NCBI GenBank assembly: GCA_937870915.1
Contig: CALMZQ010000027.1
Span: 1,289-65,288 of the forward strand
Direction of reading: 5' to 3'
From: an uncultured Ignavibacteria bacterium
Lineage (GTDB): Bacteria > Bacteroidota > Ignavibacteria > Kapaibacteriales > Kapaibacteriaceae
DNA length: 64,000 nucleotides
Part shown: positions 8,896 through 15,797 of the stretch, in pieces
How positions within the stretch are numbered: position 1 is the stretch's first letter
Layout: every line of letters starts with the position of its first letter
Notes under the pieces: generated by a model
What the model saw: the letters and a program-made list of their open reading frames with translations, nothing else
What the model was told of the DNA's origin: nothing
The model's database searches: none
Program-made: the position numbers and the translations under genes

Positions 8896-8928
8896 CAAAC
8901 ATACGACTTTGTTCAACTCTCTTCCAAA
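8896..8928 (-). promoter_or_regulatory. Bacteroidetes-type promoter TTTG-N21-TATGTTTG
   Basis: Minus strand: TTTG at 8928-8925, a 21-nt spacer, TATGTTTG at 8903-8896. The leader ATG is 7 nt downstream. Confidence 0.5.
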
Positions 8929-8931
8929 TCT

Positions 8932-8960
8932 CTAACAATCTAACACTCTAACACTCTAAC
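8932..8960. repeat. Four CTAACnnn units at an exact 8-bp period
   Basis: CTAAC starts at 8932, 8940, 8948 and 8956. The copy at 8956 contains the dapD TAG stop (minus strand). Confidence 0.9.
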
Positions 8961-9798
8961 GCAGAGCAGATTCCAGCGCCGTCCGCGAATCCGTCTTCTC
9001 ATCACGGTACTTCACGATGAGAGGCGTGCTGATGCTCAGTCCATTGGCCTTGCCGTATTCGCTGGTGATGGCACGGGAACCTGCTACAACAACAGCACCC
9101 TCTGGTATCTCCAATGGTGCATCAGGAGTACTGCGTAGGATAGCTTCATTCACAAGATCATAGACCGGTGTGGATGCGTTCAGAATCACTCCGCTACCAA
9201 GTACAGCTCGGTTTCGGATGAGAACACCTTCATACACACCACAATTGCCCCCTATCATCACTTCGTCTTCAATGATAACCGGACGTGCACCTGCTGGTTC
9301 AAGAACTCCACCGATCTGAGCAGCAGCGCTGATATGGACTCGAGAACCGATCTGTGCACACGTACCTATTAGCGCATGTGAATCTACCATTGTCCCCTCG
9401 CCAACATAGGCGCCGATGTTGATGTAGCTTGGTGGCATACAGATCACACCATGGGCAACAAATGATCCGGTGCGAATGGTTGTTCCACCGGGTACGATGC
9501 GCACATGATCATCAATGGTAAGGGGCTTTGTAGGAAGTGTATCCTTATCGAAGAATCGGAAGTTCTCGTCAGTTGAAGCGTCTTCCATGCGCCCCTTTCG
9601 GAAGAGAACAAGGATGCCTTGTTTTACCCACATGTTCACCTGCCACGAACCATCTTCCAAACGTTGGGCTGCACGAATCTTGCCCTTGTTGAGTGAGTCC
9701 ACGAAGTCGGCACAGACCTGTGTTGCATTTTTATCATACTGAAGTTCCTGTGCCGGCATGGCGGCAAGGCGCTCAATCTCGGATTGGAGAGAGTTCAT
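8956..9798 (-). CDS. dapD: 2,3,4,5-tetrahydropyridine-2,6-dicarboxylate N-succinyltransferase
   Basis: DapD-type N-terminal domain plus left-handed hexapeptide repeats. Confidence 0.88.
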   Translation of the reverse strand: MNSLQSEIERLAAMPAQELQYDKNATQVCADFVDSLNKGKIRAAQRLEDGSWQVNMWVKQGILVLFRKGRMEDASTDENFRFFDKDTLPTKPLTIDDHVRIVPGGTTIRTGSFVAHGVICMPPSYINIGAYVGEGTMVDSHALIGTCAQIGSRVHISAAAQIGGVLEPAGARPVIIEDEVMIGGNCGVYEGVLIRNRAVLGSGVILNASTPVYDLVNEAILRSTPDAPLEIPEGAVVVAGSRAITSEYGKANGLSISTPLIVKYRDEKTDSRTALESALR

Positions 9799-10784
9799 TT
9801 CTTTCTTCCTTTCTTTGCAGATGCTGTTTTCGGGGGCACAGCTTGCTGTGCCTTTACGCCCTTTGTCTTAGGCACAGCTTGCTGTGCCTTTACATCGAAG
9901 GCGAGGTTGAGGATCTTGTAGACGAGGCGTGCTGCGGTGATATCGGGGTGGGTGACGCCCCTGACTGGGGCAAGTTCCACCACATCGAAGCCTACGATGC
10001 GACGTCCGGATGCAACAATGGCACGGATAACATCAATTGTTTCGCTGTATAGAAAGCCATCCGGTTCCGGTGTTCCTGTTGATGGCATGATCGACGGACA
10101 GAAGTGATCCACATCGAACGTGATGTAGACATCCTTTTCAAGCGTGTCTACAACACTCTTTTGCCAATGAGTGCCATGGAGCCCCCTTCGAATTGCTGAG
10201 GCATAGAAGGTTTTGATTCCATTGTTCTTGATGAACTTCGCTTCTTCGATGCACTGAGCTCTGATGCCAACCTGCGTTATGCGTTCAGTAGGAAAGAACT
10301 CGGCAACACGAGCCATAAACGATGCATGTGAATATGGCGATCCTTGATACTCATGTCGCAGATCTGAATGAGCATCGAAATGTAACACACTCATCGTTGG
10401 ATAGGCACGGTAGTGAGCAGAGATCGGCGCAGTGGATATCGTATGTTCACCACCGAGGGTCACTACAAACTTCCCCATCACAATGAGGTCCTCTACTTGG
10501 TCTTCAATGAGATCCAGCGCTGCACGGTCCACGAACTTCCCAAAGGAAAGGGGCTTCATTGTGGCAATGCCCTTCTCGAAACACAGTTCTCTATCGGTCT
10601 CGTCATCATAGAACTCTACATAGGCGCTCGCATCTAGGATCGCCTTTGGACCCTTTTCAGCACCGCCACCATAACTCACTGTGTGTTCGTATGGTGCTGA
10701 TACAATGGCAATAGCGGAGGATTCAAGCGATGAGTATCGTTCTTCAATGGCGAGGAAGTTCTTCTTTGGACCAAGGACCTTCAT
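9795..10784 (-). CDS. speB: Agmatinase / ureohydrolase-family protein with a Lys-rich repeat tail
   Basis: Arginase-family metal motifs (GGEHTIS, HFDAHSDLR, TFDVDHFCP). Extra C-terminal tail KAQQAVPKTKGVKAQQAVPPKTASAKKGRKK. Confidence 0.75.
   Translation of the reverse strand: MKVLGPKKNFLAIEERYSSLESSAIAIVSAPYEHTVSYGGGAEKGPKAILDASAYVEFYDDETDRELCFEKGIATMKPLSFGKFVDRAALDLIEDQVEDLIVMGKFVVTLGGEHTISTAPISAHYRAYPTMSVLHFDAHSDLRHEYQGSPYSHASFMARVAEFFPTERITQVGIRAQCIEEAKFIKNNGIKTFYASAIRRGLHGTHWQKSVVDTLEKDVYITFDVDHFCPSIMPSTGTPEPDGFLYSETIDVIRAIVASGRRIVGFDVVELAPVRGVTHPDITAARLVYKILNLAFDVKAQQAVPKTKGVKAQQAVPPKTASAKKGRKK
9835..9893. repeat. Two copies of the palindromic 23-mer GGCACAGCTTGCTGTGCCTTTAC, 36 bp apart
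   Basis: Copies at 9835-9857 and 9871-9893. Each holds a 7-bp stem / 4-nt loop hairpin. Both lie inside the 3' tail of the agmatinase ORF. Confidence 0.85.
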
Positions 10785-10860
10785 GATCGTATTCCGTGAT
10801 GTGTGATGGGTGCAAAATAGGTGTCAAGCGTTGAACTGCGTTCCGCGAGTATATTCGCCA

Positions 10861-12156
10861 ATGCCAACAATGAAAACGCAGCGACTCGGCTGGTACGTCT
10901 ATGACTGGGCGAACAGCGCATTCAGTACATCCGTTGTAACGGTATTCCTCGGCCCCTACCTAACAAACGTGGCTGAGACTGCAGCAAACACGGCCGGACA
11001 GATCACACCATTTGGTATTCCGATGCACCCCGGCAGCTGGTTCTCCTACTGCATTGCGGTGTCGGTGATCCTGCAGGTCTTTGTCCTGCCGCCGATCGGT
11101 GCGATCGTAGACCGATCACATCGAAAGCGACTCTCCCTTGCGTTGTGGGCATTCCTTGGAGCCGGGGCCACCATCGGACTTGCCGTATTGTCGGCAGATA
11201 CAGGCAACTACATCATTGGCGGACTCTTCTTCATCATCGCAAACCTGAGTTTTGGAGCAAGTGTTGTTGTAGCGAATTCCTTCCTCAACGATCTTGCTAC
11301 GCCGGAAGAGCGAGACAGTGTTTCATCGCGTGGTTGGGCCTTTGGCTATCTCGGCGGCGGACTCCTTCTCCTTGCACATTTACTATGGTTCTCATCAGCA
11401 AAGGACTCCGGCGGTCCCGTAGAGCCCGTCATTCAAGGAGTGTTTTTAACAACGGGGATATGGTGGGCTCTGTTCACGTTCGTCTCCATCATGTTGTTGC
11501 GTGATAAGGTGCCGGCACACACACACGAGAAACACGCACTAAGGCAGAGCTTCAAACAGCTCTTTACAACACTGCGCGATCTAGCACAATACCCGCAGAC
11601 ATTGCGCTTTTTCATCGCCTACCTCCTCTACAACGATGCCATTCAGACCGTGATCGCTATGGCAAGTGTCTACGGCGCAGAAGAACTTGGTCTAGGTCTC
11701 GACGTGCTCACGCAGGCCATCCTCCTCGTACAATTCGTTGCGATAGGGGGCTCCCTGATCTTCGCGTGGCTTGCAGATCGAATCAACACCAAACGCGCCA
11801 TCATCGTTGGACTCTACGGATGGTGTGCCGTACTTTTCGCCGCATTCTTCTGGGTCAGCACCGCAACACACTTCTTTATCCTTGCTGCCGTGATCGCCAT
11901 TGTCATGGGCGGTACGCAGGCGCTTAGTAGGTCCATGTTTTCCCGCATGATTCCTACCGGTAAAGAAGCAGAGTACTTCTCTCTCTACGAGATCAGCGAC
12001 AAAGGCACATCCTGGATCGGCCCCCTAGCCTTTGGACTAGCACTCACCCTTTCCAACAGCTATCGTTGGGCCGTACTCTCCCTCATCATCTTTATGGTAG
12101 CAGGGCTTGTGGTGCTGATGGGGGTAAAGCAACCCAACAAGGATTCTATCTCATGA
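10861..12156 (+). CDS. MFS transporter (UMF1/Atg22-like family)
   Basis: About 12 predicted helices; N-terminus WYVYDWANSAFS is typical of the family. ORF-track start 10810 is GTG; ATG at 10861 or 10870 is more likely. Confidence 0.8.
   Translation: MPTMKTQRLGWYVYDWANSAFSTSVVTVFLGPYLTNVAETAANTAGQITPFGIPMHPGSWFSYCIAVSVILQVFVLPPIGAIVDRSHRKRLSLALWAFLGAGATIGLAVLSADTGNYIIGGLFFIIANLSFGASVVVANSFLNDLATPEERDSVSSRGWAFGYLGGGLLLLAHLLWFSSAKDSGGPVEPVIQGVFLTTGIWWALFTFVSIMLLRDKVPAHTHEKHALRQSFKQLFTTLRDLAQYPQTLRFFIAYLLYNDAIQTVIAMASVYGAEELGLGLDVLTQAILLVQFVAIGGSLIFAWLADRINTKRAIIVGLYGWCAVLFAAFFWVSTATHFFILAAVIAIVMGGTQALSRSMFSRMIPTGKEAEYFSLYEISDKGTSWIGPLAFGLALTLSNSYRWAVLSLIIFMVAGLVVLMGVKQPNKDSIS
11961..12127 (+). 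repeat. Direct repeat copy A (intact 3' end of the MFS gene)
   Basis: Aligns without gaps to 15181-15347 with about 16 mismatches in 167 nt (hand alignment). Confidence 0.85.
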
Positions 12157-14344
12157 TAACAATCTTTTCGGCTTGCGAATTCTGCGAGTTCCTGATCACC
12201 AATAGGTACTGGCCAGTCGAAACATCTGCCACGTCAAGGGTGATACTGTGTGTTTCATTTCCTGTGCCAAATGATGGCAGTGATTTCGAATAATCGTGAA
12301 TGAATCTTCCATCGAGCGACCAGAGTTGAAGGCGAACGGATGACCTATCCGCCGTCACAAACTTTCCAACGTCTATGGTAAGATGCCCACCGGTGGGGTT
12401 TGGGCGAGGCTTCTGAATATAGAAGTGCCAAATATTCTGTGAAACGGAACTTATTGGATCACCACCTACATAGAATGTTGCGGCAATGCCTTCTGATGGA
12501 AGTACGATTCTTACAGAATCATTTGCTACAAAGCGTACATTCGCAGAACTAGCGTAAGCAAACATTGAGTAGGTATGCGCCTTGATCGTGGACTCTCGAA
12601 TTAGAGTACGGTCAACGAATGTTAGACATTTACCCGTGAATCTGTGAAACACATGTATGGTATCCCCGAACTTTTGAATGTACATGGGTTGCACTGCATT
12701 AATGTTTACCTGTACATCATGAGACGAAACAAGAGTGTCTAGTCGGTATGTATCAAAACGGATATAGTATCTTCTCAGAGAATCCACATAAATGCCAACA
12801 GCCTCAAACTCTGTACCTTCACCTGCAATAATGGCTGGTATGTTTTCGAATCGAAACGGCAACGGGCGTGGAGTAATGCTGTCGGTCATATCCGACTTCC
12901 TACAGACCTTTACTCCAAAAGCCGATGCGAGTATATGAAGTGAATCGGTTTCATTGTACTGCAAAAAGCCACCGAACATCGAATGTATTACGTGGTAGGA
13001 CCACGTTCGACCAGAGTCTCTAGAGACTCCCAAGGTGTTATTACCAAATGAGGCAATGAGATTTCCTGACGATGTCTCGCTGATACTTCGTACCTGCCGT
13101 CGGCCCCCAACATAGAAGCCGTCACCACCAAGATTGGATATGAGCCAACCGTCATTCCCAAAGTAAAACTGACGCCCTTCAAACCCCGTGTACATTCCAA
13201 TTACCGAACCTATTGAATCAAGTAGTCGCGGTTCATCCTCACATGGTTCAAGGATTTTACTGCCTTGATACACTCGAAACAGCGGAGGATCCGATTCAGC
13301 TCGAGAAATGGACTGTGTGACAATTTCAGACGTGTCGCTATGTGAAACGGACCATTCACCTCGGCCTCCCAGATTCCGATATCTTCGTTCATTGCCATTC
13401 CACTCTCCCGTAGTGTCACGGCTGAAGGTGCCTCCAATTGCGTTAGCAGCGATGATAGAACCGTTCAGCATCGTGGCTGCTTGAATTGTGCCTAGACTGT
13501 CACCTAGACTGATGCGAGTGTACTTCATCGATTCGGCATTGTAAATGCGAAGCGAGCTGGTATATCCAAAACCTCTTGGTTCCTTTCCTGAGACGATCGC
13601 CACAGGTGTCAGTCCATCGAATCCAGCTGAAACCGAGAGTACGAAGGACAATTCCAGTTTGAAATCTAGTAACTCAAAACCCTGACTCAGTGACTGGCGC
13701 TGCTTGTAGAGGCCATCTGCTAGAATATGAAGCTGAGATGAAGACGCAAAGGTGAAACTGTGAACCGTTTGACCCTTCAGATCAAATGACCTTTGTACGC
13801 CCCCATTCATATACATCTGCACCGTTGTCCGGTCATTCAAACAGACGATAACTGTATCACCCTTAACAGCAATCTCTGACAAAGTGGTCATGCCAACTGT
13901 TAGACCAGTTTCAATAAGCTTCGTTCTCGAAGAATCTACTGTAAGTCGATAAACAGCTCCGCCATTAACAACTACCGGCGATCCGTTTGCGTCTTCACCA
14001 ATACAGCTGAATTCGCCATCAGAGCGGACCCAAGTCTGTCCTCCATCTTCAGATCCATATATCTTCCCGGTTGAAACATGGATCCAAATGCCCGACGTAT
14101 TGGTGACGATTCGATCAACGTATCCTTCAATCTCTTCGCCAGTACGTACCCAACTCATGTCAGTTCTATTGAGAAGAGCGATCCGTCCGTTTTGAAATCT
14201 ACCTATGACTCGGTCCTTGTGAACTCTGAAATCGACGGGCATCGCATATTCATGCCCATACAATACGTCAATACTCTGAGCACTGACGCCACAAGTTGCA
14301 CATGCAAACAAGATGAGAACCAACCTGCGATAGTTCCAATGCAT
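12146..14344 (-). CDS. Secreted BNR/Asp-box repeat protein with T9SS C-terminal sorting domain
   Basis: Signal peptide (LVLILFACATCGVSAQ), Asp-boxes SEDGGQTW and SRDSGRTW, CTD ending GQYLLVIRNSQNSQAEKIVIMR. GTG 14365 is an alternative start. Confidence 0.65.
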   Translation of the reverse strand: MHWNYRRLVLILFACATCGVSAQSIDVLYGHEYAMPVDFRVHKDRVIGRFQNGRIALLNRTDMSWVRTGEEIEGYVDRIVTNTSGIWIHVSTGKIYGSEDGGQTWVRSDGEFSCIGEDANGSPVVVNGGAVYRLTVDSSRTKLIETGLTVGMTTLSEIAVKGDTVIVCLNDRTTVQMYMNGGVQRSFDLKGQTVHSFTFASSSQLHILADGLYKQRQSLSQGFELLDFKLELSFVLSVSAGFDGLTPVAIVSGKEPRGFGYTSSLRIYNAESMKYTRISLGDSLGTIQAATMLNGSIIAANAIGGTFSRDTTGEWNGNERRYRNLGGRGEWSVSHSDTSEIVTQSISRAESDPPLFRVYQGSKILEPCEDEPRLLDSIGSVIGMYTGFEGRQFYFGNDGWLISNLGGDGFYVGGRRQVRSISETSSGNLIASFGNNTLGVSRDSGRTWSYHVIHSMFGGFLQYNETDSLHILASAFGVKVCRKSDMTDSITPRPLPFRFENIPAIIAGEGTEFEAVGIYVDSLRRYYIRFDTYRLDTLVSSHDVQVNINAVQPMYIQKFGDTIHVFHRFTGKCLTFVDRTLIRESTIKAHTYSMFAYASSANVRFVANDSVRIVLPSEGIAATFYVGGDPISSVSQNIWHFYIQKPRPNPTGGHLTIDVGKFVTADRSSVRLQLWSLDGRFIHDYSKSLPSFGTGNETHSITLDVADVSTGQYLLVIRNSQNSQAEKIVIMR

Positions 14345-14378
14345 AAACGGACGGATGATCTTCACAATTCTCTCCTAT

Positions 14379-14975
14379 TTATTCGCTTACGCATGTGTTG
14401 TATTCACAACCGTCAGAATTGTTCTGAAGATTGCAGGGGGTGCCGGTATAGTTACACCCAGCGAAGACAACCATAGGTGTAGACTGATTCTCGGAACATG
14501 GGTCCATTTCGGTAGTTGACAGGCAAACCTGGCAGGAGCGGACACAGAAATTTGTACCACAAAGACCATATACCTTAGTAGTTTGCCCCGGAACCGGCGC
14601 TAACAGAACCATGCAGTTTCCACTTTTTGCAATCACAACCAATGTAGTTGTTGTTGGGCACGTTGGTATTGCTGCTGGTAGAAGACCATCAATTGACATT
14701 TGATAAAGAATCTTTTTCTGCAACCAGCTAATCAAGCCCGGATTGGGTATAATGTTACAGCCTGAAGGAACTGTTATCTGATCAATATAGTAGTCAACTG
14801 TTGTTCCGTATACCCTGTAACAATACCGCACTGATAGTGAGCAGCAACCCCCTGAACCATCGGGAGTGACAATAGTTCTAGTCACACAAGTGTAAGTCTG
14901 AGCCGTGGATTCAGTTTTACTAAACAGCAAAACAATGATTGCCACCAAAGCAAATGCAGCAAAATGCAGTCGCAT
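14379..14975 (-). CDS. Secreted cysteine-rich protein (16 Cys in the mature part), no recognised family
   Basis: Signal peptide MRLHFAAFALVAIIVLLFSKTESTAQ. Lies 13 nt upstream of the BNR gene. Alternative ATG at 15023. Confidence 0.55.
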   Translation of the reverse strand: MRLHFAAFALVAIIVLLFSKTESTAQTYTCVTRTIVTPDGSGGCCSLSVRYCYRVYGTTVDYYIDQITVPSGCNIIPNPGLISWLQKKILYQMSIDGLLPAAIPTCPTTTTLVVIAKSGNCMVLLAPVPGQTTKVYGLCGTNFCVRSCQVCLSTTEMDPCSENQSTPMVVFAGCNYTGTPCNLQNNSDGCEYNTCVSE

Positions 14976-15180
14976 AAGAACCTCAAAAATAGATGGGTAA
15001 ATGCCGTACTTTTTCGTACGCATTACAACGTACCCCCCCCCTGTTCAAAAATGCAAGTAATAGTTTTCCACACTTGAACTTTATTTAGGACTGCTGTAAG
15101 AGGAATAACAAATCGGCTGTTTTTGATTGGAGTTGATAGCTATATAGGCTCATTTTGTACTATTAGGTGATTTAGATTGA

Positions 15181-15347
15181 TAAAGTAGCAGAGTACTTCT
15201 CCCTCTACGAGATCAGCGACAAAGGCACATCCTGGATCGGCCCCCTAGCCTTTGGACTAGCTCTCAACCTTTTCAACTGCTATTGATGGGCTGTTCTCTC
15301 GCTAATTGTCTTTATGGTGGCAGGGCTAGTGGTGCTGATGGGGGTAA
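15181..15347 (+). pseudogene. Decayed duplicate of the MFS gene 3' end (direct repeat copy B)
   Basis: About 90 percent identical to 11961-12127. The in-frame translation hits a TGA (..FNCY*WAV..). No upstream coding continuation. Confidence 0.8.
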
Positions 15348-15436
15348 GGGACGGAGAGCGTTCATCACACCGAGCGTAGTCGAGGGGCAAGGTAACGTCG
15401 GGCTAAAGCCCGGCCAAGCAAGAACTCTCCCCCCAT

Positions 15437-15467
15437 CCCCCTCCCTCACGCTTCGCTAGGGAGGGGG
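15437..15467. repeat. GC hairpin CCCCCTCCCT / AGGGAGGGGG
   Basis: A 10-bp perfect stem with an 11-nt loop, inside the long non-coding spacer. Confidence 0.6.
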
Positions 15468-15487
15468 TGCCGGTGCGTGTAACCCCG

Positions 15488-15511
15488 GTCATTTTGTCAT
15501 TACGTCATTTC
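15488..15511. repeat. Three GTCATnnn units (period 8)
   Basis: GTCAT at 15488, 15496 and 15504. Reverse complement of the ATGAC family. Confidence 0.8.
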
Positions 15512-15514
15512 GTA

Positions 15515-15662
15515 GAGGTCCCTCGCTTCACTCGGGATGACGCTGCTTTCGCCCTTATCAAATGAAGAAATGCGAGCACCATCCATGATGGTGCTCGCAT
15601 TTCTTACCTACACACAATGCATACCTAGCGTCATCCCGAGGAGCGTAGCGACGAGGGATCTC
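15515..15662. mobile_element. MITE-like palindromic element: about 30-bp inverted repeats flanking a perfect hairpin
   Basis: Left repeat GAGGTCCCTCG...TCGGGATGACGC (15515-15543); right repeat GCGTCATCCCGA...CGAGGGATCTC (15628-15662). Central 18-bp perfect hairpin at 15566-15604. A partial solo copy lies near 15361-15388. No coding capacity. Confidence 0.4.
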
Positions 15663-15710
15663 GACGAAAAAAACAAAAGGGCGAAAAGGTCTTACCCTCT
15701 TCACCCTTCT

Positions 15711-15794
15711 GTCATCATTCATTTGTCATCAATCACAACGTCATAATTGTCATAACGTCATAATTGTCATTACGTCATAACGTCATTACGTCAT
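15711..15794. repeat. About 9 GTCATnnn units (ATGAC family on the minus strand)
   Basis: Read on the minus strand, ATGACGTA/ATGACGTT/ATGACAATT units begin 3 nt after the ftsZ stop. They share ATGACAATTATGACG..ATGACGTTGT with 280-336. Confidence 0.85.
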
Positions 15795-15797
15795 TTC

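Noticed and set aside
12146-15347. Prophage or integrative conjugative element
   Set aside because: No integrase, recombinase, phage structural or conjugation genes are present. Only two cargo genes and the flanking duplication remain, so it is reported as a decayed insertion.
15537-15746. 69-aa ORF in the long spacer
   Set aside because: It reads straight through the MITE-like inverted repeats, the perfect hairpin and the octamer array (..VIPRSVATRDL..), so it is a translation of repeat DNA.
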